Shown here piece after piece: positions 10,526 to 20,704 of a stretch of 64,000 nt of DNA. The notes beneath the pieces are model-generated. The model searched no databases. It had not been told where the DNA came from and saw only the letters and a list, made by a program, of their open reading frames with translations. The first letter of the stretch is position 1, and the number at the start of each line of letters is the position of its first letter. Location of the stretch: NCBI GenBank assembly GCA_044450345.1, contig JBIOIY010000007.1:15189-79188 (forward strand). The letters are read 5' to 3'. This stretch comes from Thermodesulfovibrionales bacterium. Its GTDB lineage: Bacteria; Nitrospirota; Thermodesulfovibrionia; Thermodesulfovibrionales; UBA6898. The translations under genes and the position numbers were made by a program.

Positions 10526-11587
10526 TCACTTCTTCTTCAAGTTCAATATATACTGCCTCGCGGCGAGGGCCGCCTTGGCCCCCTCTCCCGAAGCGATAAC
10601 GATCCTTTTGCCGAAAGCATTGGTGACATCGCCCGCGGCGAATACTCCGGGACAAGAGGTAGAGCAGTCGGAATCGATAACTATTTCACCACGCTCGTTC
10701 AGTTCTACGAGATCGGTAACAAGAGACGCGTTGGGCTGAAGGCCGATTGCGATGAATATTCCCTTTACCGGCAGTTTGACTGTTTCTTCTTCCGCCAACT
10801 TTCTTATGGAGATTTCAGAGACCGCGTCTTCGCCTGAAAATGCGACTACCTTGAATCCCTCGTACTTCACGAGATTCTCAAACTGAGAGACTCTTTCGAC
10901 TATCGACGCGTCTGCGTTAAGCTTTGAATCGGAAATGAGAGAAATGCTCTTTGTAACGATATGAAGGTTTTCGACGATCTGCATCGCCGAATTTCCGCCT
11001 CCGATCACAGCCACATCAGCTCCCTGAACAAAAGAGAGGTCTTGAATGTTCCCGTAAAAAACGCCTTTTCTCTGGAGCCGCTCCTCGCCTTCCACGTGCA
11101 GCTTTCTTCTTGTCATTCCCGTCGCCAGAATGACTGTTATAGCGAAATAGGAGTTGAGATCGGATGTTACTACATTGAATCCTCCATGAACCGGCTCGAT
11201 TTTCTCCACGTCGCTGAGAAGATGGTCTATATAATGAGAGTGGATCAGCTGATATTGGAACTTCTCCACAAGTTCGGGGCCGGTTATGAAATCAAACCCC
11301 ATATAATTCTCTATCTTTGTACTATCGACTGCCTGGCCACCGAGGTCTTTGGCAATGAGAAAGGCCTCCATCTTCAGTGTCGCTGCATATACCGCCGCTG
11401 TCAGACCCGCAGGCCCGCCGCCGATGACAATGAGGTCATACGAAGTGCGGGGAAGCTTGCAGGACCTTTCCTTAATAAATTTGTCCCTGCATCCTTCAGA
11501 GCAAAAATAATAGCGTTCTCCGTCACAATCCGCCGTTACGGCTGTCTTTTCGTCAACCACCATATGGCATACAGGGTCTTTCTTCAT
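10526..11587 (-). CDS. YHS domain fused to a thioredoxin-reductase-fold flavoprotein lacking CxxC
   Basis: DPVCHM..YYFCSEGC (YHS); GGGPAG, ATG, GGGNSA and GVFAAGD motifs; GVFYGNIQD where TrxB has GVSYCATCD. Confidence 0.85.
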   Translation of the reverse strand: MKKDPVCHMVVDEKTAVTADCDGERYYFCSEGCRDKFIKERSCKLPRTSYDLIVIGGGPAGLTAAVYAATLKMEAFLIAKDLGGQAVDSTKIENYMGFDFITGPELVEKFQYQLIHSHYIDHLLSDVEKIEPVHGGFNVVTSDLNSYFAITVILATGMTRRKLHVEGEERLQRKGVFYGNIQDLSFVQGADVAVIGGGNSAMQIVENLHIVTKSISLISDSKLNADASIVERVSQFENLVKYEGFKVVAFSGEDAVSEISIRKLAEEETVKLPVKGIFIAIGLQPNASLVTDLVELNERGEIVIDSDCSTSCPGVFAAGDVTNAFGKRIVIASGEGAKAALAARQYILNLKKK

Positions 11588-11877
11588 TTTGAAATCCTCA
11601 TATTCGAGTAAGTCTTAGCCGCAGGAAATCTTCAGCCTATCTCCGTGACTTCCTTATCTCAGTTATATCATGAAAAATAAGGCAAGTCTTTACTATTTCG
11701 GCGATTATCCTATTCTTTGTATCTTTGTTTTTGGCCAAAACTCTTGTCTGGAAAAATGGATAAAAAAACAGAGCACAAGCCAGTGATTGAATCAATAATG
11801 GAAGAATGATCGGAAGCGGGCCCGCAGATAGCGACTGAATTGAATGCAGGAGTTAAACAGTAAGGCGAAGAATACTT

Positions 11878-12615
11878 TTATCCGCTGTCTTGAGCTTTGC
11901 CGGCGATAATTATTGTTGGTATGCTAAAGCCTGGATAATTTTGATCTACGTTTCCTATTCCGAGACCGAGAATTCTGTTGCTTGAGAAAATCTGAAGTGT
12001 ATCAAAGAAATCATCATGGCCATAGGGAGCAAAATCATAATCCGCGAGTATCATGAACGGTAATTTTCTTTCGCTCATCATGTCCGGAATATGAGTATGA
12101 GTTATGCAGAGAAACTGTAAACCTTCAAGGCCGCATCCGGTGACAGAATTAAAATAAGTACGGACCTGAGACACCGTCATTCTCTGAAATCTTTCCCCCG
12201 TCTGAATTTTTCCAAAATAGAAACCTTGTGGCCTTGGAGGAGCTCCTGGTCGCAGCCGGAAATAATCAGGTTTATCAAAATTAATATGCGGACTCTGCCA
12301 CACTTTATTTTTTAATCGCTTAAGAGCACAATCCCAGGCGATCTTCCCGGAGAGAACAGAATCTGCGTGGCCTGAGCCGTCGTCACCTACGCCGTAAAAA
12401 AGGGCAACGCCAACAAACCCTTGCTCCAAATCACTGTTAGTCAACGAAGGAGGTGCACCAATCCCGTTAAATTCTTTTTCGCCGATATGCCATTTCATTT
12501 CTTTGTTAGCGCCGCGCCAGGCCTTGATCTGCTCTTCTATGGGAAGCATCACACGATCTGTAAATTCAGATTTCTTCGGAAAAAATAAACGACTCAGCCA
12601 TTTAACAGGCGTCAC
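11878..12615 (-). CDS. Hypothetical protein
   Basis: 245-aa ORF with no competing ORF; no family recognised. Confidence 0.55.
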   Translation of the reverse strand: MTPVKWLSRLFFPKKSEFTDRVMLPIEEQIKAWRGANKEMKWHIGEKEFNGIGAPPSLTNSDLEQGFVGVALFYGVGDDGSGHADSVLSGKIAWDCALKRLKNKVWQSPHINFDKPDYFRLRPGAPPRPQGFYFGKIQTGERFQRMTVSQVRTYFNSVTGCGLEGLQFLCITHTHIPDMMSERKLPFMILADYDFAPYGHDDFFDTLQIFSSNRILGLGIGNVDQNYPGFSIPTIIIAGKAQDSG

Positions 12616-12979
12616 AATTCCATCCCTTTACAGCATCAATTATAGGATATGACATAGCCACAGCACCTTCAACAGTTCGTTAGAGAGACTTTTTACTGAC
12701 TCAGTAATTCCTCATAGAAAAACTTTATCACGCTACAGCGGCCACATCAATTTATCATGAAAGATTGCTGAGGGTAATAATGATTGAAGAACGCATTTAA
12801 AGCCAAGCGGTGCAATGGAACAAAAAAATACGATAGAAAAGTTGCGAGTAGGGAGATTGTCTGAGATAGTCTTATACATATAAGAATTCTTGAAAGGAGG
12901 TGCCTATACAAATATCACGGAAGAAAGGTATGACCTGCAATGGCAATAAATGATGTCGAATAAAAGGAGGAGTTCAGAG

Positions 12980-13126
12980 ATGAAAAAGACATTATTCATT
13001 ATTTCCGCGTGTTTGTTGCTTTTTGCATTATCAGGTTGCGGTCTTGCCCAGATGGGCGGTGGCATGATGGGTGGTCAACAGGGTCAGATAATGGCGCCCA
13101 GCCAAGGTGAAAGATATTGTCGATAA
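12980..13126 (+). CDS. 48-aa secreted or lipoprotein-like Met/Gly-rich peptide, possibly a truncated paralog
   Basis: Not in the ORF track. AGGAGG RBS; MKKTLFIISACLLLFALSGCGLAQMGGGMMGGQQGQIMAPSQGERYCR*. Confidence 0.55.
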   Translation: MKKTLFIISACLLLFALSGCGLAQMGGGMMGGQQGQIMAPSQGERYCR

Positions 13127-13242
13127 GAAAACGCTCGATATGTTGAATGTGTTGCGATATAATTTGACAGAAATCAGACGGGCTCATGGTAATTCCCATC
13201 GTGGATCCATACAAACCGCCTGAAGTACTCGGAGGTCTGATT

Positions 13243-13581
13243 ATGAAAATGGTCACAGCGGTAGTTAGGTCGGTTGGGCTTGAGCGGATAGTCAAGGCAC
13301 TCGAAGATGAGGGGATTATGGGTCTGACCTTCTTCGAGGTGAAAGGAACCGGGGAGCAGGTCAATGTATTCAGACAATATTCCATACACAAGAAGATCGA
13401 GGTTATCGTCCCGGACGAGAGGGCAGAAGGAGTAGCCAGGATAATTTTTGAGCAGGGACATACGGGATTTGCAGGGGATGGGCTCATAGCAATACTCCCC
13501 GTCGAGTGCGTAATAAAGATAAAAAAGAAGGCAATGATGTGCGATCTTGATTTCAAAGGAATGAAGGAGGTAAACCTCTAA
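13243..13581 (+). CDS. P-II (GlnB-like) family protein
   Basis: GGAGG RBS; MKMVTAVVR..EVKGTG..KIEVIV..HTGFAGDGLIAILPV; short T-loop. Confidence 0.85.
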   Translation: MKMVTAVVRSVGLERIVKALEDEGIMGLTFFEVKGTGEQVNVFRQYSIHKKIEVIVPDERAEGVARIIFEQGHTGFAGDGLIAILPVECVIKIKKKAMMCDLDFKGMKEVNL

Positions 13582-13629
13582 GCTTTGTTGGAAAGGAATT
13601 TGAATCATAACGCTAAAGGGAGAGAGAAG

Positions 13630-14016
13630 ATGGTAAAGAAAATCGTATTTTTCACTTTTTTTATACTGCTGACAGCCGGCCTTGTCTACGCCAAAGAGTA
13701 TAACGTTGTCAAGAAGGCCGGACCATATCAGGTGACGCTCAAGATGGACAAAGATCCGGCCGCGGTCGGCGAGAATAATGCCATTATTGAGGTAAAGAAT
13801 CCAGCCGGAGAGTCCGTGACTCACGCTGGCGTGGAGGTCTCATATTTAATGCCCTCAATGCAGTCGATGAAGTATGTTGAAAAGGGCGAACCAGCGGGAA
13901 ATGTTTATACCGCTACCATCAAACCGTCGATGCCCGGTAAATGGAGAGCGACAGTGACGATCAAGGAGGAGAGGGGAAAGTCGCACAAGGTAAGTTTTGA
14001 TTTCGAGGCCAAGTGA
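13630..14016 (+). CDS. Secreted FixH/YtkA-like protein
   Basis: Signal peptide; YLMPSM..M and SMPGKW motifs; directly upstream of the RND operon. Confidence 0.7.
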   Translation: MVKKIVFFTFFILLTAGLVYAKEYNVVKKAGPYQVTLKMDKDPAAVGENNAIIEVKNPAGESVTHAGVEVSYLMPSMQSMKYVEKGEPAGNVYTATIKPSMPGKWRATVTIKEERGKSHKVSFDFEAK

Positions 14017-14065
14017 AAATAAGAATGAGGGCTTTTAAAATTTGGACAAGGCAAGACGGCTTGAG

Positions 14066-15337
14066 ATGAAATCGTCAACAGCCTTATCCCTCATCATGAT
14101 GCTGCTGTTCGTCACTACAGGCTCTGCCGAGGCCGCCCAGGTCCCTGTCGCCAGTCTCGATGCCCTTATCGATGAGGCGTTGCGCAACAACTCTGAGCTA
14201 AAGGCAACGGAAGACAAAGTAGACGTGTTCAGCGAAAGGCCTTCCCAGGAGGAATCTTTGGAAAATCCGAGGCTGGGATTCGGTATTCTCAATCTGCCAG
14301 TGAATTCATTCAGCTTTGACCAGGAGCCGATGACGCAAAAACAAGTCTCCGTCCTGCAAAGGATTCCTTTCCCGGGGAAACTTCCCTTGAAAGGCGCGAT
14401 CGCAAGGAAGGACGTCGACATCGCAAAGGAGGAGGTTGCGGAAAAACGGAACAATGTGATCCTGCAGGTCAAGATAGTTTACCGGAATCTCCTTTTGGTT
14501 GACAAGACGATAACGGTAACAAAAGAGAACAGGGATCTCTTGAGGGATTTTGTCAAAACGGCGGAAGCGAAGTATTCGGTCGGCATGGGAATCCAACAGG
14601 ATGTGCTGAAAGCACGGGTGGAGCTGTCGAAAATGATAGACATGCTTATATCGCTGGAGGAGAAAAAAGAAAGCCTCCTTGCGCGACTGAATTCGCTCCT
14701 TTATCGCCGTTCAGGCGAAAGGCTGAAGGACATAACTTGGCAAGACCTGGACTCGCTGAAGCCGACACCGTTTCCGTATACGGTGGAGGAACTGGAAAAC
14801 ATGGCGATGGAAAACCGCCCGATGCTCGCCTCAGCAAAACAGAGGATAGAGAGGTCCCGGCTGGGCGTGATGCTGGCAAAGAGGAATTACTATCCCGATT
14901 TCGATGTGGCGGTCAGTTATGGCCAGCGCGACAAAATGCCCGATTTTGTCTCCGGTTCGGTCATGATCACGATACCTCTTTGGTACAAGACGAAAGAGAA
15001 CAGAAAGCTGGCGGAGGAGCGGGCAAGGACGAGGCAGGTCGAGGAGGAGTATAATTCCCTGAAAAATGATATCTTCTTCCGGCTGCGGGATTCAGTTCTG
15101 GAAATAAACAAATATAAAGACCAGTTGGATCTGTACAAGACTGGCCTGATACCGCAGGGGAGAGCCGCCCTCGAATCGGCAATGGCCGGATACGGAGTGA
15201 ATAAGGTGGATTTCGTAACGCTGGTAAACAACCAGATTACTTTGTATAACTACCGGATAGAGTATTACAAGGTTCTTACCGGTTTTGAAAACACCATCTC
15301 TGATATCGAAGCGGCAATAGGTAAAAGATTTTATTAG
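14066..15337 (+). CDS. TolC-family outer-membrane efflux protein (CusC-like)
   Basis: OEP repeats (QRIPFPGKL, YYPDFDV, ITIPLW); operon with the adaptor and CusA. Confidence 0.88.
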   Translation: MKSSTALSLIMMLLFVTTGSAEAAQVPVASLDALIDEALRNNSELKATEDKVDVFSERPSQEESLENPRLGFGILNLPVNSFSFDQEPMTQKQVSVLQRIPFPGKLPLKGAIARKDVDIAKEEVAEKRNNVILQVKIVYRNLLLVDKTITVTKENRDLLRDFVKTAEAKYSVGMGIQQDVLKARVELSKMIDMLISLEEKKESLLARLNSLLYRRSGERLKDITWQDLDSLKPTPFPYTVEELENMAMENRPMLASAKQRIERSRLGVMLAKRNYYPDFDVAVSYGQRDKMPDFVSGSVMITIPLWYKTKENRKLAEERARTRQVEEEYNSLKNDIFFRLRDSVLEINKYKDQLDLYKTGLIPQGRAALESAMAGYGVNKVDFVTLVNNQITLYNYRIEYYKVLTGFENTISDIEAAIGKRFY

Positions 15338-15416
15338 CGCTATAAACAGGAGGAAAGCCGAGATCCATTTATGAAAGAAAAGAAATTGTCCGAAAAACCG
15401 AAAAGTTATACCTTAA

Positions 15417-17237
15417 ATGAGGGGTTGGCAATACGTGAACAAAAAAATCGCTAAATCTCTTGCTGTGGCGGTCGCGGTAGTATTGGTCCTTTGGTGGCTT
15501 TTCTCTCCGGTCAGCGAAAGAAAGTCCTCGCAGGGTATTCCCGGCGCAAAGACCGGCGCTCCCTCACAAGCCGGGAAGAAGGAAAGAAAGATCAAGTATT
15601 GGGTTGCCCCAATGGACCCGACTTATATAAGGGACAAGCCTGGAAAATCTCCGATGGGTATGGACCTTGTCCCGGTGTATGAAGATGAAGAGCCGACAGC
15701 CGAAGGCGTGATAAGAATAGATCCGGTTACGATTCAGAATATCGGCGTGAAAACAACGAAAGTAACTAAAGGAGCCCTCATCGCCGATATCCGTACGGTA
15801 GGGCATGTCGCTTACAACGAGGGAAGAGTAGACCATATTCATACCAAGGTATCGGGATGGGTCGAGCGGCTTTTTGTCGATACTACCGGGCAGGACGTGC
15901 GCAAAGGTGAGAAGCTCCTTACTATTTATTCCCCCGAACTGGTCGCGACCCAAGAGGAATATCTTCAGGCACTCGAGTACGCCAAGCGGACTGAGGGGTC
16001 AAAGTTCAACGATATCTCCGGCAGCGGAAAGTCCCTTATCGATGCTACGAGGAGAAGACTTCTCCTAATGGACATCAATCCCGGACAGATCGAGGCCCTT
16101 GAAAAAAGCGGTGAGATCCAGAAGACAATGGCGCTCTATTCGCCCACGAACGGCATAGTAATCGACAAGAAGGTGCTTGCGGGCATGAAGGTGACCCCCG
16201 GCACGGAGCTGTACACCCTGGCTGACCTTTCGAATGTCTGGATTCTTGGCTCCATTTACGAATACGAGCTGCCTTTCGTGGAAAAGGGCCAGGAGGCGGA
16301 GGTCATTCTTCCCTATGAGCCGGGCGTGGTATACAAGGGCCGTATTTCGTTTATCTACCCATATCTGTCCGCCGCTACCAGGACGGTACAGGTTCGCATC
16401 GACTTTAAAAATCCCCGTTTGAAACTTAAACCGGATATGTATGTGGATTTGTCGATCAAAAGCAAGACGGCGAGAAACGTTCTGCAGGTGCCCTCCGATG
16501 CGGTCATCAGGACCGGGACGCGCAATGTTGTCATTACCGCACTGGGGAATGGAAAGTTCCTTCCCAAAGAAGTGGAGCTCGGTCCGCAGGGACAGGGAAT
16601 GGTGGAGATAAAATCGGGGCTTGTCGAGGGCGAGACGGTCGTCAGTTCGGGGCAGTTCCTGATAGATTCGGAGAGCAATCTGAAACAGGCCGTCACCAGG
16701 ATGATCGAGGCTCCGCTGCAGGCCGGCGCGGCAAAGACGTCAACTCCGAAAACCAAGCCCGACGCTGAAAAGGGGAAGAAAGAAGAAACGCCTCCTGCCC
16801 TTACTGTCCAACTGAGCAGTGACCAGAAGCATATCATGTCCAGCATTATGGATACGTACATAAAGATACACCAGGCCCTCATAGCTGATGCGATAAACGG
16901 GGTCACATCGAATGCGAAGACTCTCTCCGATCTCGTATACAAACTGCGGCTGACCGACCTACAAGGGAAACTCGGTGAGCTCACGGAACCCATGACGAAG
17001 TCGGTGGAAGGTCTATCATCCGGCGATCTCAAAAGGGCCAAGGACGCCTTCGCGCCATTGAGCAGGGTTCTTGTTGCCTATGTGAAAGGGACCGGGCGCG
17101 AAGAGGCGCATGCCGCGGGCATAAAGGTATTTTATTGTCCGATGAAAAAAGAACCCTGGCTCCAGAAGGGCGCCGCTGTAAAGAACCCTTATCTCGGAAA
17201 GGAAATGATTCTCTGCGGCAATGAGATAAAGTACTGA
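15417..17237 (+). CDS. cusB: CusB-like RND periplasmic adaptor with N-terminal Met metal site and C-terminal DUF3347-like domain
   Basis: YWVAPMDP..PGKSPMGMDLVP; YSPEL..QEEYL; LKPDMY; C-terminal FYCPM..W..NPYLG..M..CG. Confidence 0.85.
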   Translation: MRGWQYVNKKIAKSLAVAVAVVLVLWWLFSPVSERKSSQGIPGAKTGAPSQAGKKERKIKYWVAPMDPTYIRDKPGKSPMGMDLVPVYEDEEPTAEGVIRIDPVTIQNIGVKTTKVTKGALIADIRTVGHVAYNEGRVDHIHTKVSGWVERLFVDTTGQDVRKGEKLLTIYSPELVATQEEYLQALEYAKRTEGSKFNDISGSGKSLIDATRRRLLLMDINPGQIEALEKSGEIQKTMALYSPTNGIVIDKKVLAGMKVTPGTELYTLADLSNVWILGSIYEYELPFVEKGQEAEVILPYEPGVVYKGRISFIYPYLSAATRTVQVRIDFKNPRLKLKPDMYVDLSIKSKTARNVLQVPSDAVIRTGTRNVVITALGNGKFLPKEVELGPQGQGMVEIKSGLVEGETVVSSGQFLIDSESNLKQAVTRMIEAPLQAGAAKTSTPKTKPDAEKGKKEETPPALTVQLSSDQKHIMSSIMDTYIKIHQALIADAINGVTSNAKTLSDLVYKLRLTDLQGKLGELTEPMTKSVEGLSSGDLKRAKDAFAPLSRVLVAYVKGTGREEAHAAGIKVFYCPMKKEPWLQKGAAVKNPYLGKEMILCGNEIKY

Positions 17238-20200
17238 TGCTCGAAAAGATCATAGACGCATCAATCCGGAACAGGTTCCTCATTATTATCGCAGCGGTTT
17301 TCGTAATACTTGGGGGGCTTTATATGTTGTCGCAGACGCCCCTCGACGCGATCCCCGACCTCTCCGACGTCCAGGTTATCGTATATACGGATTATCCGGG
17401 GCAGGCCCCGCAGGTAGTCGAGCAGCAGGTTACCTATCCTCTGACTACCGCTATGCTTGCGGTCCCCGGGTCCAAGGTGGTAAGAGGGTATTCTTTTTTC
17501 GGCTCGTCTTTCGTCTATGTCATATTCGAGGACGGCACGGACCTTTATTGGGCGCGCAGCAGGGTGCTCGAATATCTTAATTACGTTTCGGGCCGTTTAC
17601 CGCAAGGCGTGCGGCCGTCCCTCGGTCCGGACGCAACTGGCGTGGGATGGATTTACGAATATGCGCTGGTCGACAAGACCGGAAAGCGTGACCTTGCGCA
17701 GTTAAGGTCGATCCAGGACTGGTATCTCCGGTACCAGCTCACTTCCGTCGAGGGCGTCTCCGAAGTCGCTTCCGTCGGAGGATTCGTAAAGCAATACCAG
17801 GTCGACATCGACCCGAATAAGCTTCTCGGGTACGGCATCCCTCTTTCAAAGGTGAAGGCCGCGATCCAGCGCTCCAACAAGGATGTCGGAGGGCGCCTGA
17901 TCGAGATGGCGGAGACGGAATATATGGTTCGCGGGCTCGGCTACATAAAATCAGTTAAAGACATCGAAGGCGTGCCGTTGGGTGTCGACAAAAACGGGAC
18001 GCCTATAATGGTCAGGGATGTGGCGAATGTGCACCTCGGGCCTGAACTGCGGCGCGGCTTGACTGAACTGGATGGGCAGGGGGAGACCGTCGGTGGCGTG
18101 GTCATCATGCGGTACGGCCAAAACGCCCTCGCGACCATAGAAGGGGTAAAGGCGAAGCTGCAGAGCCTTAAGGCCGGCATTCCCGAAGGGGTGGAGATCG
18201 TCCCGGTCTACGACCGCGCCGGCCTGATCGAGCGGGCAGTCCATACCCTCAACGAAAAGCTTGTCGAGGAGTCGATTGTAGTGGCCCTGGTTTGCATGCT
18301 TTTCCTCTTGCATTTCAGGTCAGCTTTTGTTGCGATTTTTACGCTTCCTCTCGGCATTCTCATGGCCTTTATCGTCATGAGATTCCAGGGCCTCAATGCC
18401 AATATTATGTCGCTCGGAGGGATCGCCATCGCAATAGGCGCGATGATCGACGCCGCTATCGTTATGATTGAAAACGCCCATAAGCACCTTGAAAAAAGCG
18501 GAGGGGAGAAAAAGCATTGGGATATTATCGCAATGTCCGCCAAGCAGGTGGGGCCCGCGCTCTTCTTTTCCCTTCTCATCATCACTTTTTCATTTCTGCC
18601 GATTTTTACGCTCCAGGCCCAGGAGGGCAGGCTCTTCCGGCCTCTGGCGTTTACGAAGACCTATTCCATGGGCGCTGCGGCCTTACTGTCCATTACGATT
18701 GTGCCGGTTATGATGGGCTATTTCATTAGGACTACGCTGCTGCCCGCAGTCTGGAGCAGGCGAAAACAGCGGGTTGTGTCGGCGGCAGCGGCCTTGGGAG
18801 TCTTTGGGGTGTTCCGGCTTGGATCGAGATTTTTCCCCTACTCTATCTTGGGGACATTCGGACTGTCGATTGCAATCATTTTGGGAACACTTACGTTTCT
18901 GACTCTATGGCCGCAGGAAGTCAGCCCCGAGGAGAAAAACCCTGTAAACAGGTTCCTTATCAGGATATACAAGCCGGTAATCTTCTGGGTTCTGAAGCAC
19001 AAGGCGGTGACGATCCTTGTCGCTGTCCTGGTTATGTTGACCCTCCTTCCTTTCCGCAGCCTCGTGGCCAACAAGGTCCCGGAGGGCCCGCTCAGGAACG
19101 CAGCCGAGCGAATCGACAGACTTTTCCCCTTCGAAAAAATAGGCGGTGAGTTCATGCCGCCGCTTTATGAGGGCGACCTCCTTTACATGCCCACTACACT
19201 TCCGGGCGTCTCGATAACTACCGCCAGGGCAATCCTGCAGCAGACGGACGAGATCATAAAGACATTCCCCGAAGTCCAATCCGTTTTCGGGAAAATCGGG
19301 CGCGCCGAAACCGCGACCGATCCGGCGCCGCTCTCGATGATAGAGACCACGATCAGGCTGAAACCGGAGAGCGAGTGGCCGATAGTGCCGGTAAAGAGGT
19401 TTTTTTCCGGGTGGCCCGAAATTCTCCAGCGGCCGTTTCTAAAGATATGGCCGAACGAAAGACGAATCACTCCGCAGGAGCTCACTGCCCAGATGAACAA
19501 GGCAATCCATTTCCCGGGCCTGACAAATGCATGGACCATGCCTATCAAAACACGCATCGACATGCTGGCAACCGGAATAAAGACGCCTGTGGGCATAAAG
19601 GTTATGGGAAACGACCTCCAAACATTGTCCACTCTGGGCGAGCAGATCGAGGCGGTCGTCAAGAAGGTTCCCGGCACTCTCTCTGCCTATTCCGAGAGAG
19701 TCGTCGGCGGATATTATTTCGATTACGACATTAACCGTGACGCCGCCGCAAGGTACGGCCTTACTGTGGGCGACGTGCAGGATGTGATACAGTCGGCAAT
19801 AGGTGGCATGGATATCGGCGAAACCGTCGAGGGGCTGGAGAGATATCCGGTAAATGTCAGGTACGGGCGTGAGCTGAGAGAATCGATGGCCGATCTGCAA
19901 CGCGTGCTTATCTCGACTCCTGCGGGGGCCCAGATCCCCATTGCGCAGGTTGCGAATATCAGGATTCATCAGGGGCCGCCTGTGATCAAGACGGAGAATT
20001 CGAGACCGAATGTTTGGATCTATGTCGATCTCGAAGGGGTCGACGTGGCTACTTATGTGAAAACTGCGAAGAAGGCGGTGGAGGCGAATGTGAAGATGCC
20101 TCCTGGATACAATCTTGTATGGTCGGGACAGTTTGAGTATATGGAGAGGGCTAACAAACGGCTCTCGGTGGTCGTGCCCGTGACACTTCTGATCATCTTT

Positions 20201-20704
20201 CTCCTCCTCTATCTCAATTTCAAGAATGTTGCGGAATCTCTCATAGTCATGCTCTCCCTCCCATTTGCCATCGTAGGAGGCGTCTGGTTCATCTATCTCC
20301 TTGGATACGACATGAGTATTGCCGTCGGCGTCGGATTTATTGCACTTGCCGGAGTTGCTGCTGAAACAGGCGTGGTGATGCTCATCTATCTCGACGAAGC
20401 GCTTTCGGAAACAATGATTGAGAAATCAAATTCTATAACACGAAAGGACCTGTACGAAGCGATCATTTTCGGCGCAGTCGAGAGGGTCAGGCCGAAAATG
20501 ATGACCGTTACGGCAATTATGGCAGGACTTTTACCAATATTCTGGGGCGAGGGGGCCGGCGCGGACACCATGAGAAGGATCGCCGCGCCGATGATCGGAG
20601 GCATGGTCTCCTCGACCATCCTCACTTTGATTGTGATACCGGCCATTTACGCCTTCTGGAAAGGCGTGACAATCAAATTCAGGGCGGAAGAGGACCCTCA
20701 GTAA
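17237..20704 (+). CDS. cusA: CusA-family heavy-metal RND efflux pump
   Basis: DAIPDLSDVQVIV, GPDATGVGW, NAWTMPIKTRIDML and ERVRPKMMT motifs. Confidence 0.93.
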   Translation: MLEKIIDASIRNRFLIIIAAVFVILGGLYMLSQTPLDAIPDLSDVQVIVYTDYPGQAPQVVEQQVTYPLTTAMLAVPGSKVVRGYSFFGSSFVYVIFEDGTDLYWARSRVLEYLNYVSGRLPQGVRPSLGPDATGVGWIYEYALVDKTGKRDLAQLRSIQDWYLRYQLTSVEGVSEVASVGGFVKQYQVDIDPNKLLGYGIPLSKVKAAIQRSNKDVGGRLIEMAETEYMVRGLGYIKSVKDIEGVPLGVDKNGTPIMVRDVANVHLGPELRRGLTELDGQGETVGGVVIMRYGQNALATIEGVKAKLQSLKAGIPEGVEIVPVYDRAGLIERAVHTLNEKLVEESIVVALVCMLFLLHFRSAFVAIFTLPLGILMAFIVMRFQGLNANIMSLGGIAIAIGAMIDAAIVMIENAHKHLEKSGGEKKHWDIIAMSAKQVGPALFFSLLIITFSFLPIFTLQAQEGRLFRPLAFTKTYSMGAAALLSITIVPVMMGYFIRTTLLPAVWSRRKQRVVSAAAALGVFGVFRLGSRFFPYSILGTFGLSIAIILGTLTFLTLWPQEVSPEEKNPVNRFLIRIYKPVIFWVLKHKAVTILVAVLVMLTLLPFRSLVANKVPEGPLRNAAERIDRLFPFEKIGGEFMPPLYEGDLLYMPTTLPGVSITTARAILQQTDEIIKTFPEVQSVFGKIGRAETATDPAPLSMIETTIRLKPESEWPIVPVKRFFSGWPEILQRPFLKIWPNERRITPQELTAQMNKAIHFPGLTNAWTMPIKTRIDMLATGIKTPVGIKVMGNDLQTLSTLGEQIEAVVKKVPGTLSAYSERVVGGYYFDYDINRDAAARYGLTVGDVQDVIQSAIGGMDIGETVEGLERYPVNVRYGRELRESMADLQRVLISTPAGAQIPIAQVANIRIHQGPPVIKTENSRPNVWIYVDLEGVDVATYVKTAKKAVEANVKMPPGYNLVWSGQFEYMERANKRLSVVVPVTLLIIFLLLYLNFKNVAESLIVMLSLPFAIVGGVWFIYLLGYDMSIAVGVGFIALAGVAAETGVVMLIYLDEALSETMIEKSNSITRKDLYEAIIFGAVERVRPKMMTVTAIMAGLLPIFWGEGAGADTMRRIAAPMIGGMVSSTILTLIVIPAIYAFWKGVTIKFRAEEDPQ

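Noticed and set aside
10526..11587. Canonical trxB or ahpF call
   Set aside because: The redox CxxC is absent.
13243..13581. glnB/glnK nitrogen-regulation role
   Set aside because: The T-loop is short, no amtB or glnA is nearby, and the context is metal efflux.
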